The notes under the pieces were generated by a model, which saw nothing but the letters and a program-made list of their open reading frames with translations, searched no databases and was not told where the DNA came from. A DNA stretch of 64,000 nt from an uncultured Akkermansia sp. (GTDB lineage: Bacteria; Verrucomicrobiota; Kiritimatiellia; RFP12; JAAYNR01), in NCBI GenBank assembly GCA_964506575.1, contig CAZDLY010000005.1, forward strand, positions 5,131-69,130, in the 5' to 3' direction. This document shows positions 53,420-61,978 of the stretch, in pieces. Both the position numbers and the translations under genes were made by a program. Each line of letters starts with the position of its first letter. Position 1 is the first letter of the stretch.

Positions 53420-54169
53420 ATGAGCCTATTCGGCGGGACGGGTGGCTACTTCTGGCTGGATTCGTGGATTCTGGCCAATATCGTTCAGCTTGGGACGCAA
53501 CGCTTCTGCAAGCGCTTCCTGAACCGCACGAACGATCCATGCGGGCGACAGTACGACCAGATGACGCAGGCCGCACGGTCGGGGTGCGCAAACATCGCCG
53601 AGGGATCGGCGCGACGGGCGACCTCTAAAGAAACCGAGATGCGGCTGACGGACGTGGCTCGGGCGAGTCTGGCGGAATTGGCAGGCGACTACCTGAACTG
53701 GCTTTTTCAGCAGGAGAAGGTCCCCTGGGGCAAGGAGACGCCCGAGGCGCGGGCGGTTTACGCCGTGCGCTTGGACAAGGCGGCGTACGACGAGGATGTG
53801 GTGCATGATGCCTGCGCGCACATTCTGACGCAGAAGCGGAAGTTTGCAGTGTGGCTGGAGTCGGAAAGCGACGAGACGATGGCGAACACACTCCTTATTC
53901 TTATTGCGCGGGTGATCAACATGCTCAACCACCAGATGGAGAAGCAGTGCGAGACTTTCAAAGAGGAGGGCGGCTTTCGCGAAAAGCTAACCGGCCTGCG
54001 AGTGGAGGCGCGGGCGAAGCAGGAGGCCGCGCCGGTTTGCCCCGACTGCGGCAAGGCGATGACGCGCCGCACGGCCAAGAGCGGCAAGAACGCGGGGAAG
54101 GGATTTTGGGGTTGCACGGGATACCCGGAGTGCACCGGCGTGAGGGAACTCGAAGGAGAGAAGAAATGA
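53420..54169 (+). CDS. Four-helix-bundle (23S rRNA IVS-type) protein with suffix domain and C-terminal topoisomerase-type C4 zinc finger
   Basis: 249 aa from ATG 53420 (AAAGGAG RBS). ..QMTQAARSGCANIAEGSAR.. is the four-helix-bundle family signature. The middle region resembles the 'four helix bundle suffix' domain seen in PVC genomes (recall). The C-terminus CPDCGKAMTRRTAKSGKNAGKGFWGCTGYPEC is the zf-C4-topoisomerase pattern. Confidence 0.75.
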   Translation: MSLFGGTGGYFWLDSWILANIVQLGTQRFCKRFLNRTNDPCGRQYDQMTQAARSGCANIAEGSARRATSKETEMRLTDVARASLAELAGDYLNWLFQQEKVPWGKETPEARAVYAVRLDKAAYDEDVVHDACAHILTQKRKFAVWLESESDETMANTLLILIARVINMLNHQMEKQCETFKEEGGFREKLTGLRVEARAKQEAAPVCPDCGKAMTRRTAKSGKNAGKGFWGCTGYPECTGVRELEGEKK

Positions 54170-54185
54170 GAGCGAGTTCTGGTTT

Positions 54186-54256
54186 TTCGAGGGGAATCGA
54201 ATGAGTCGAGAAAATCGATGGAATCGAATCCGTCGATTCCATCGATTCCATCGCTC
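54186..54256 (+). repeat. GAATCGA-type periodic array, right flank of the four-helix-bundle gene
   Basis: See 53321-53401. It contains the perfect 8-bp inverted pair ggaatcga/tcgattcc (54222-54242). Confidence 0.8.
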
Positions 54257-54280
54257 CCGATAAACCCGGCTCAATCCTGT

Positions 54281-54329
54281 TTCCATCCGGCTGCAGGCTG
54301 GCGGCTTTCCTGAACCCCTGAACCCTACA
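54281..54329 (+). repeat. Repeat module A, second copy (core ttccatccggctgcaggctggcggc + ctttcctgaacccctgaaccct)
   Basis: The core is 23/25 identical to 35049-35073, and the tail is similar to 43694-43716. Confidence 0.8.
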
Positions 54330-54359
54330 CCCGCAAAACCGCCGTGGCGGTTTTGCGGG
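54330..54359. terminator. Near-perfect 13-14-bp hairpin between the four-helix-bundle gene and the PPDK remnant
   Basis: cccgcaaaaccgcc-gt-ggcggttttgcggg. It lies 11 nt downstream of the PPDK-remnant stop (minus strand) and is followed by a T-rich stretch on the plus strand. Confidence 0.45.
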
Positions 54360-54370
54360 TGCCTCCGGGA

Positions 54371-54610
54371 TCATTTCTTTCCATGCCGGATCGCGGCCTG
54401 GGCGGCGGCGACGCGGGCGATGGGGACGCGGTAGGGGGAGCAGCTCACGTAGGTCATGCCCTGGCGGTAGCAGAATTCGACCGAAGCGGGGTCGCCGCCC
54501 TGTTCGCCGCAGATGCCGATCTTGATGTTCGGCCGGGCCTGGCGTCCCTTCTGGGCGGCGATCTCGATCAGCATCCCCTCCCCGACCTCAACACCAACGG
54601 CGCCGCTCAC
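54371..54610 (-). pseudogene. ppdK: C-terminal ~79-aa fragment of pyruvate, phosphate dikinase
   Basis: ..[61 protein letters not shown].. is the extreme C-terminus of PPDK, an enzyme of roughly 880 aa. The track 'start' is a GTG. The rest of the gene is absent. Confidence 0.8.
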
Positions 54611-55017
54611 CCGTGCGGGGACCGCGCAGCGGGCTCCGAGCGGGATGTCGTGGCTGGTTCGGATGGCTGTTTGCCAGGATCACGGAAGATGAAGAACACG
54701 GCTCCCATCAGGCACAGAGCGGCCCAGAGATAGTTCCAGGACCAGGCCTGGCGCATGTACAGCATGGCGAAGGGAACGAAGACCGTCAGGGTAATGACCT
54801 CCTGGATGATCTTGAGCTGCGGAAGGGACAGCGTCACATATCCGATGCGATTGGCCGGAACCTGGAACAGGTATTCGCACAGGGCGATCGCCCAGCTCAC
54901 GAGCGCCGCGATGATCCACGGTTTGTGCGCCCAGTCGCGCAAATGCGCGTACCAGGCGAATGTCATGAACGTGTTGGACACGACCAGAAGAGCGACAGTG
55001 ACCAGGATTCGATTCAT
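54607..55017 (-). CDS. DMT-superfamily small membrane protein (DUF486-like) with an atypical ~24-aa tail
   Basis: [27 protein letters not shown].., ..[10 protein letters not shown].., ..[10 protein letters not shown].. matches the DUF486 pattern (~112 aa). The tail [24 protein letters not shown] runs into the PPDK-remnant junction. There is a strong AAGGAGG RBS. Confidence 0.7.
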   Translation of the reverse strand: MNRILVTVALLVVSNTFMTFAWYAHLRDWAHKPWIIAALVSWAIALCEYLFQVPANRIGYVTLSLPQLKIIQEVITLTVFVPFAMLYMRQAWSWNYLWAALCLMGAVFFIFRDPGKQPSEPATTSRSEPAARSPHG

Positions 55018-55047
55018 AATCCTCCTTGCGTCATCAACAATCGTTAT

Positions 55048-56400
55048 CTAAACCGTCGCATACAGGTCATAGCTGCGGCCGCCCGTGAGGGTGACGCGCG
55101 CCCAATCCCCCGGCTTTGCGCCGGTCGGAACACCGACGACGCGCGTGACGCCGTCCACGTCGGGGGCCTGGCGTTCGAGCCGCGCCTCCCAGGACGGACG
55201 GCCGCGCAGCGGGCGCGCGGGGCGAATGAGCAGGGCGTCGGCGCGCGTACCGGTCAGCTCGCGCCGTTTCTCGTCCACGATCCGGCGTTGCGCCAGCATG
55301 AGCCGCCGCCGCCGTTCCCGGGCCACCTCGGGCGGCGGAACAGCCCCCATCCGGAAGGAGGCCGTCCCCTCTTCGGGCGAGTAGACGAAGACCCCCACAT
55401 GATCAAACCGCGCCTGCGTCACGGTGGCCAGCAGATGCTCAAAATGGGCGTCGTCCTCGCCGGGAAATCCGACCAGGCAGGTGGTGCGCAAGACCGCGCC
55501 CGGCACGGCGTTCCGAATCCGCGCGGCAAGCGCGGCGACCGGCTTGACCGTGTCGGCCCGCCGCATCGCCCGCAGCATGTCGGGGTGGCTGTGCTGCACC
55601 GGCACGTCGAAATAGCGGCAGACGTGCCGGGAGGCGGCGACGGTTTCGAGCAGCGCGTCGGAGATCAGCGACGGGTACCCGTACATCACGCGCAGCCAGA
55701 AGCGTCCGTCCAGGACATCCAACGTCCGCAGCAGCGCCGCCAGGCCGTCCCGCTCCCGGCGATCCCGTCCATAGGCGGTCGTGTCCTGCGCAACGAGGTT
55801 CAATTCCCGCGCGCCGGCGTCGAGCAGGCCCCGTGCCTCGGCCACCACCTCGTCCATCGGCCGGGAACGGAGCTTGCCGCGTATTCCCGGAATGGCGCAA
55901 AACGCGCAGGCATGGCTGCACCCTTCGGCAATCTTGAGCCAGGCGAACGGCCCGCCGCTGAACGAGAGCGCCGGACGGGTGGGGCTGAAGAGACGCGACG
56001 GGTTCGCCGTGACCGCGACGATGCCCCGTTCCCCCGCGGCCACGCGCCGGATGACCGCGCCGATCCGGTCCAGGGCGTCCACGCCGACACACGCATCGAT
56101 GTCCGGGAAGCTCTGCAACAGCCGGTCGCCGTACCGCTGCGCCAGACATCCGGTGACCACGACACCGCGGCAACCGCCCGCCGTCTTGAGTCCGCACACC
56201 TGCAGGATCGCCTCGGCGGCCTCTTCGCGCGCGTCACCGATAAACGCGCAGGTGTTGACGATCACGACATCGGCCGCTTCGGGAGAGGACGCGAGAACCA
56301 GACCGTCATCCATCAGGAAGCCGGCCATCACCTGGGCGTCCACCACATTCTTCGAGCATCCCAGACTGACAAACCCCACGGAAACCGGTTTCACAGGCAC
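55048..56400 (-). CDS. rimO: Ribosomal protein S12 methylthiotransferase RimO
   Basis: ..VGFVSLGCSKNVVD.. (MTTase N-domain), radical-SAM CSHACAFC, and a TRAM-like C-terminus. The start is set at GTG 56400 (GGGAG upstream, no overlap). The track ATG at 56487 would overlap the upstream gene by 65 nt. Confidence 0.85.
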   Translation of the reverse strand: MPVKPVSVGFVSLGCSKNVVDAQVMAGFLMDDGLVLASSPEAADVVIVNTCAFIGDAREEAAEAILQVCGLKTAGGCRGVVVTGCLAQRYGDRLLQSFPDIDACVGVDALDRIGAVIRRVAAGERGIVAVTANPSRLFSPTRPALSFSGGPFAWLKIAEGCSHACAFCAIPGIRGKLRSRPMDEVVAEARGLLDAGARELNLVAQDTTAYGRDRRERDGLAALLRTLDVLDGRFWLRVMYGYPSLISDALLETVAASRHVCRYFDVPVQHSHPDMLRAMRRADTVKPVAALAARIRNAVPGAVLRTTCLVGFPGEDDAHFEHLLATVTQARFDHVGVFVYSPEEGTASFRMGAVPPPEVARERRRRLMLAQRRIVDEKRRELTGTRADALLIRPARPLRGRPSWEARLERQAPDVDGVTRVVGVPTGAKPGDWARVTLTGGRSYDLYATV

Positions 56401-56422
56401 CCCACTGCTCCCGCTTGACGGC

Positions 56423-57319
56423 TCACTCAAAATAGGGCGGCGGCGGTGCGAACACGCGCTGGGAAACGATGGGTTTGACATCCGCACGCGCGGCCAGCCA
56501 CGCGATGAAGCGCGCGCCGATCAGCAGCAGCGCGACGGCCGCAACGATCACCGCCGCCAGTGTCAGCCGGCGCGACGTGAGCCACTTCGCCTGCAGGCGC
56601 GGCATGCCGCTCCAGATTCTGGCGACTTCCCGCACCACCACCCGCGATTTGGTCCAGACCGGTTCGGATGGCCGGCGCGGCGGCGGGTCCGGTTTCTCAG
56701 GGGGGGCGGCCGGCGCCGCGTCCGCCTCTTTCCGGCCGCTGAACGGGAGAACCCGCGGCGGCGGCGCATCCGTCCCGCTTGGGGCCCGGGCTCGGCCGCG
56801 CGGCACGGCCGCCGGCCTCTTGTGAGGCGCGAGGGTGAACAGGTCGGAGGGCGGTTCCTCCTCGGGTTGGTCCATCGGCATCACTTCCGGCGCGGACTTC
56901 GGCTTCGGCGGAATCGACTCGAACAGCGTCGCGGGAGAGACCCGATCCGGCAACTCCTGTGCCGGATCGGGCGCAATCGACGGGAACGCAGGAGCGGGCT
57001 CCGGCTTGCGCGCCGCCGACGGAAGCGCCGCCGGGGCTGGGGCGGGGGCGGCCGGAATCGCACGGCGCAGAATCTGGGGCGGGCGCTTCCCGGTGAAAAT
57101 CTCGATGAACTCAGCAACCAAAGGCTCCGGATCGACACCGACACATTCGGCATAAAGCTTGATGAAGCCCCGGCCGTAGAGGGGCGCGGCAATCTTGCGA
57201 AAATCCTCGTGTTCGAGGTCTTCCACAATCTGCACCATCATCCGGGTGGTCTCCGCCACCTGTTGCGGCGTCAGCCCTTTGCTTTCACGCGCCGTTTTTA
57301 AAATCGCTCCCAGAGCCAT
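56423..57319 (-). CDS. RodZ-like helix-turn-helix membrane protein
   Basis: N-terminal HTH LGAILKTARESKGLTPQQVAETTRM.., a long Pro/Ala-rich linker, and a single TM (LTLAAVIVAAVALLLIGA) near the C-terminus. Confidence 0.65.
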   Translation of the reverse strand: MALGAILKTARESKGLTPQQVAETTRMMVQIVEDLEHEDFRKIAAPLYGRGFIKLYAECVGVDPEPLVAEFIEIFTGKRPPQILRRAIPAAPAPAPAALPSAARKPEPAPAFPSIAPDPAQELPDRVSPATLFESIPPKPKSAPEVMPMDQPEEEPPSDLFTLAPHKRPAAVPRGRARAPSGTDAPPPRVLPFSGRKEADAAPAAPPEKPDPPPRRPSEPVWTKSRVVVREVARIWSGMPRLQAKWLTSRRLTLAAVIVAAVALLLIGARFIAWLAARADVKPIVSQRVFAPPPPYFE

Positions 57320-57325
57320 AAGTCT

Positions 57326-59980
57326 TCACCCGCCTTCCCGCTGCTTCTGCCCGCTCCCGGCGTTTTTGGAACCATCCGGTGGTGCGCCGGCATCCCCTCC
57401 CGCTGCGCCTTCGTCCGTCTCCCCCGCCTGGATGGATGAGTCAGGCGGACCGTCAGTATGGACATATCCGGCGTCCAAATCAACCAATATATCGCGGGGG
57501 GCCACGCCCTGCGGCGGGCCGATGATTCCCCGCTCCTCCAGCAGATCCATGATGCGCCCGGCGCGAGTGAACCCGATGCGCAGCCGCCGCTGCAGCGTGG
57601 ACGTCGAGGCCCGGCGCGTATCCCGGATCACGCGCATCGCCTCCTGCACCATCTCCTCGTCCCCGTCCTCCTCGACCGCCCCCTCGCCCCCGCCGCCCCG
57701 TTCCGCGTCCTCATGGGCTCCGTCAGCCTCCTCCTCGTCCTCCTCGCGGTCATCGGCGCCCAGTTCGCGCACCTTTCCGAGCTTGCTGAGAAAGGCATCG
57801 TCAAAGGCCGGGCGGCTGTGCTCCTTGACGAACGTGACGACGCGGGCGATCTCGTCATCGCCGACCCACGCCCCCTGCACGCGCACCTGCCCGAGTTTGG
57901 CGTCGAGAAAGATCATGTCGCCCTTGCCGATCAAGCTCTCGGCGCCCTGGGCGTCGAGGATGATCCGGCTGTCGTTGCGCTGCGCAACCTGAAACGCGAC
58001 GCGCCCCGGTATGTTGGCCTTGATCGTGCCGGTGAGCACGTCGACCGAGGGGCGCTGCGTGGCCAGGATCATATGGATGCCCGCCGCCCGCGACACGGCC
58101 GCCAGGCGCGAGATGCTCGCCTCGATCTCCTTGCCGACGGTGGACATCAGATCGGCCATCTCATCAATCACAATCACGATGTGCGGCAGTTTGCGGGGGA
58201 AGCCGTCGTCGGCCGGCACGGCGGCCGAACCGGACGCGAACAGGTCGTCCTGCTGCACGACCGTGCGGGCGTTGAACACCGCAATGTTGCGGGTCTTGGC
58301 CGCCTGGAACATCTTCAGCCGCTTGTCCATCTCGCCCAGCGCCCAGCGGAGGGAATACGCCACCTTCTTGGGATCGGTGATGACCGGAACCAGCAGGTGC
58401 GGCAGATCGTTGTAGGGAGGGAACTCGACCCGCTTGGGATCGACCAGGATCAGGCGCAGTTCCTCGGGCGTCCGGCTCATGAGCAGTCCGACGAGAATGG
58501 CGTTCAGGCAGACGCTCTTACCCGAGCCCGTCTGCCCGGCGACCAGCATGTGCGGCAGCGTCGCCAGGTCGAGCACGAGGTCCTTGCCCACGACGTCCTT
58601 GCCCATGGCCAGCGGCAGGGCATACGTCCCCTTCTCCCACTTTTCACTCTCCAGCACCTGCCGCAGCGTCACCTTTTGCGCCACCGGGTTGGGCACCTCA
58701 ATGCCGCATACCTTCTTGTTCGGGATCGGCGCCTGCACGCGCAGGCTGGCGGCGCCGAGCGCAAGCTGCAGGTTGCGCACTTCGGCGGCGATCCGCTCCA
58801 CCCGGACACCCGGCCCGGGCAGCACCTCATACTGGGTCACGACCGGGCCCGGGATGATGTTGGTCACCTCGATCTGAATGTTGAATTCCTTGAATTTGGC
58901 GATCAGGTTGGCGGCCGTCTGCTCCATGTCGCCGAAGGTGGGGCTGTCATCGGGCACGGGCGACAGCAAATCGACCGGCGGCAGGCGATAGGGTTCCGGC
59001 TGCAGATCCGGTTCGGCCGCCTCGCCGGCGTCATCCGCCACCGGGGGGACCGCACCCACGCCAGCCGCGGCCGGTTCGGCGGCCGCATCCGCGCCCGCGC
59101 GCTGTTCGCGTTGCGCCGCTTCGCGCATCGCCGCCGCCTGGTTGCGCAGGTCATCCTCCGGTTGCGGCGCGGCGCGCAGGCGCTCTTCCGCCAGCACCCG
59201 TTTGCGCTCATCGAAGGCGCGCCGGGACTCCTCTTCCTTCTGCTGTCTCGTCAGCCGTTCCTGCTCGCGCAGCGCGCGGGCGGCCTCCCGGGCGTCCCGC
59301 ATCTGTTCACGCGCCGCGTCTTTCGCGGCGGCCTCCGCTTCGCGGCCCAGCCGCTCCGCCTGCTGGCGCGCCTGTTTGCGCCGATCCCGCAGCCGGTGCA
59401 GGAGCCAGCACCCCGCGCACCACAGCGTCCGCAACCCGATCGCCAGCATGCCGAACACCACGGCCAGCGTCGCCGCCACTACCGCGCCGCCCACCGGATT
59501 GAGCCAGCGCTTGAGAAAGCCCGTCATGACCCATTGCCCCACGACGCCGCCCGCGTTCGGGGTGATGTTCAGCGCCGACATCCACCCCGTCAGGGGCGCG
59601 GCGCCGGCCGCCAATTGCACGAGCGCGCACACCATCACGAAGAACGGGACGCCCCAGAGCAGGCGCCTGCCGAGGCGCACGGGATGGCCGAAGGCCAGCA
59701 GCAGGCCGACGAGCATCAGCACCGGCGGCAGCAGCCACAGCGCCAACCCGAACAGCGCATAACCTCCAAAGACCAGCCAGGCGCCGACCACCCCCATCAG
59801 GTTCGCGGACGGCAGGTTGGCCGGAACATGCACCCACGCAATATCCCGGCAGTCGTAGGTCACCAGCGCGAGCACGGGGAACAGGCTGGCCGGAATCAAG
59901 GCGGCGCCCATCAGCCGCGCTGCCAGACTCGGCGGCGGAACCGTAACAGTTGCTTGTTCGTCGTCAGCCATAGCCCTCAC
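57326..59980 (-). CDS. ftsK: DNA translocase FtsK/SpoIIIE
   Basis: N-terminal TM helices, a charged linker, a motor domain with Walker A GQTGSGKS, ..VIDEMADL.., and a gamma-domain winged helix (..STSTLQRRLRIGFTRAGRIMDLLEE..). The start is GTG 59980 (GTGA overlap) or ATG 59971. Confidence 0.95.
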   Translation of the reverse strand: MRAMADDEQATVTVPPPSLAARLMGAALIPASLFPVLALVTYDCRDIAWVHVPANLPSANLMGVVGAWLVFGGYALFGLALWLLPPVLMLVGLLLAFGHPVRLGRRLLWGVPFFVMVCALVQLAAGAAPLTGWMSALNITPNAGGVVGQWVMTGFLKRWLNPVGGAVVAATLAVVFGMLAIGLRTLWCAGCWLLHRLRDRRKQARQQAERLGREAEAAAKDAAREQMRDAREAARALREQERLTRQQKEEESRRAFDERKRVLAEERLRAAPQPEDDLRNQAAAMREAAQREQRAGADAAAEPAAAGVGAVPPVADDAGEAAEPDLQPEPYRLPPVDLLSPVPDDSPTFGDMEQTAANLIAKFKEFNIQIEVTNIIPGPVVTQYEVLPGPGVRVERIAAEVRNLQLALGAASLRVQAPIPNKKVCGIEVPNPVAQKVTLRQVLESEKWEKGTYALPLAMGKDVVGKDLVLDLATLPHMLVAGQTGSGKSVCLNAILVGLLMSRTPEELRLILVDPKRVEFPPYNDLPHLLVPVITDPKKVAYSLRWALGEMDKRLKMFQAAKTRNIAVFNARTVVQQDDLFASGSAAVPADDGFPRKLPHIVIVIDEMADLMSTVGKEIEASISRLAAVSRAAGIHMILATQRPSVDVLTGTIKANIPGRVAFQVAQRNDSRIILDAQGAESLIGKGDMIFLDAKLGQVRVQGAWVGDDEIARVVTFVKEHSRPAFDDAFLSKLGKVRELGADDREEDEEEADGAHEDAERGGGGEGAVEEDGDEEMVQEAMRVIRDTRRASTSTLQRRLRIGFTRAGRIMDLLEERGIIGPPQGVAPRDILVDLDAGYVHTDGPPDSSIQAGETDEGAAGGDAGAPPDGSKNAGSGQKQREGG

Positions 59981-61095
59981 CCTTCGGGAACCTTCGCGGC
60001 GCCTTCAGACCCCGCCCCCGCCTCCGCTTCCGCTTCCGGTTGCACCGGTGTCACGGTGACCGTCGGCGGCTCGGTCTCGGCGGTCTCGAACGATAGATCA
60101 TAGGGGAGAAACACCTTCACCGGCAAGACATTGGTTCCGAGCCGCTGCGCGTCGCGCCTGTCGACAAAGACCGAAACCTGATCGGATTGCAGGGCGTTGA
60201 CCACCTCCGCCCGGCCCGTCAGCTTCACGACCACCTCCGGCGGCGCGCAGGCCCACCGGCGCCCATCGCCCGGCAGACCCGTCACCAGCACCGTGACGTT
60301 CGAAAACACGCTCGTGAACCGATCGGTGATGATCTTGACTTCGGCCGTCACTTCGGCCGGCTCCAGTTTGACCAGCCGGGACACGCTGGGCTGCAGGATC
60401 GGCACCGTCTTGCGGTAACCCTGCACACGGCCGTCCACGTCAACCGGCCCGGTTTGCAGTTGAACGCCGCTCGCCGCCATCGCCTCAAGCTGATCGCGCG
60501 AGCCGGTCACACGGACCGTCTTGGGCGTATAGTCGATGACCACGCGGCCCCGATACGGCTTGCCCACCACGACGGGTTCGGCCACGGGCAGTTCGACCTC
60601 GCCGCGCACGTCGTAAGTGACCTTCGCCGTTCGGGGGTCGATCTTGATCACCCGCATCTGCCGGTTGGCGCCCTGCAGATTGCGCGACGAAAGACGGAAC
60701 TCCTCGGTATTGCCCCGCATGCGCGAACGGTTGCCAAACGCCGACCGCAACAGGCGGCCGAACCAGGAGGGTTTAACTGCGCGCCCCTCCGAAACGCTGG
60801 GGCGGACCAGCATCAGCAGATTGCGGCTGTCCAGCCGCTGCAACTCCGTCAGCGAACCCTGAATGGTCACCGACACGGCCAGCGGCTCGATCGTGGCGGC
60901 CGCCACCTGTGCCTGAGGATCGATATCCAGCGGCACCACGACCGTCTCGACATGCCGGATGCGCGCACGAATGAAGAGATACAGGATGGTCGCCAGCACC
61001 AGCGCCACCGTCTTCCAGGGCCAGTCGCGCAGCACCCAGAAAAAAACGTCGCCCAGAAACTCGTTGCGGCGCCATCCCGTCGAGCGGTCAGCCAT
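59977..61095 (-). CDS. cdaR: YbbR-domain protein (CdaR-like regulator of diadenylate cyclase)
   Basis: An N-terminal TM followed by repeated YbbR-like beta-domains (..VPLDIDPQ..VSVTIQGS.., ..VELPV..GKPY.., ..VRVTGS..). It overlaps cdaA by 8 nt. Confidence 0.75.
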   Translation of the reverse strand: MADRSTGWRRNEFLGDVFFWVLRDWPWKTVALVLATILYLFIRARIRHVETVVVPLDIDPQAQVAAATIEPLAVSVTIQGSLTELQRLDSRNLLMLVRPSVSEGRAVKPSWFGRLLRSAFGNRSRMRGNTEEFRLSSRNLQGANRQMRVIKIDPRTAKVTYDVRGEVELPVAEPVVVGKPYRGRVVIDYTPKTVRVTGSRDQLEAMAASGVQLQTGPVDVDGRVQGYRKTVPILQPSVSRLVKLEPAEVTAEVKIITDRFTSVFSNVTVLVTGLPGDGRRWACAPPEVVVKLTGRAEVVNALQSDQVSVFVDRRDAQRLGTNVLPVKVFLPYDLSFETAETEPPTVTVTPVQPEAEAEAGAGSEGAAKVPEG

Positions 61096-61978
61096 GGTTC
61101 ACCTCCCGCCGCCGCCTGATGCGCTGCCGCATCCGTTGCGGATCCCAGTTCTGCGGACTCCGGTTCAGCCGCTCCAGGAATCGTCCGAACGTCAGGGAGT
61201 CGCCGCTTACCAGCGGATCCAGCGCGCGCAGATACCGGCGCAACGCATCCGGCCGCATGTCCCGGTAGAACTTGCCGTCATGCGCGATGGAAACGGCTCC
61301 CGTCTCTTCGGATATGACGATGACCACCGCATCGCTCGCCTCGCTCAGCCCCAGCGCCGCCTGATGGCGCGTCCCCAGCCCCCGCATCTCCGGTCGCTGC
61401 CGCTCCGAAAGCGGAAAGATGCATCGCGCCGCCACCAGGCACTCGCCCCGGACGATCACCCCGCCGTCGTGCAGCGGCGCGGGCGGATAGAACAGCGTCT
61501 GCAGGAGTTCGGGAATCAGGGGCGCGTCGATCCGCACGCCCGAATCCACATACACGCCGAGCGATTCCGCCCGCTCGATCGCGATCAAGGCGCCAATCCG
61601 TCGCTCCGAGAGCCGGTCCACCACCTCGAAGAGCTTCTCCGACACCTGTTCCGGCTGCCGGTGCCGCGCCGTCTGCCAGGGCAGCGCGCTGAGATAGGGC
61701 TGCTTGCCGAGCCTGGCCAGACCCCGTCGGAATTCGGGATGAAAGATGATCACGACCCCGAAGGCGAGATACAGGGCCAATCCCCCGAACAGCCAGCCCA
61801 GCACATCGAGATTGAAGATGCTGATCGAGGCGACGGCGACCACGACCACGATGCCCAGCCCCATCAACATGGCGGCGGCGCGCGTCCCGCGGATGAATCG
61901 CAACACGTAATAGAGCGCCACGGCCAGAATGGCGATTTGCAGAATGTCGCGAAACTCGATCTGGAGCGGTGTCAGCAT
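61088..61978 (-). CDS. cdaA: Diadenylate cyclase CdaA (DisA_N domain)
   Basis: Three N-terminal TM helices, then DAC-domain motifs ..GALIAIER.., ..PLHDGGVIVRG.., ..GTRHQAALGLSEASDAVVIVISEETG... Confidence 0.9.
   Translation of the reverse strand: MLTPLQIEFRDILQIAILAVALYYVLRFIRGTRAAAMLMGLGIVVVVAVASISIFNLDVLGWLFGGLALYLAFGVVIIFHPEFRRGLARLGKQPYLSALPWQTARHRQPEQVSEKLFEVVDRLSERRIGALIAIERAESLGVYVDSGVRIDAPLIPELLQTLFYPPAPLHDGGVIVRGECLVAARCIFPLSERQRPEMRGLGTRHQAALGLSEASDAVVIVISEETGAVSIAHDGKFYRDMRPDALRRYLRALDPLVSGDSLTFGRFLERLNRSPQNWDPQRMRQRIRRRREVNHG

Noticed and set aside
53420-54169. The four-helix-bundle gene as a marker of a 23S rRNA intervening sequence.
   Set aside because: There is no rRNA sequence anywhere in the window. 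The gene is flanked by protein-coding genes and has its own RBS.
53321-54256. A possible CRISPR-like array, because of the many short repeated units.
   Set aside because: The units are only ~7 nt, are degenerate and directly abut each other with no spacers. No cas genes are present. The array was kept as a periodic simple-repeat flank instead.
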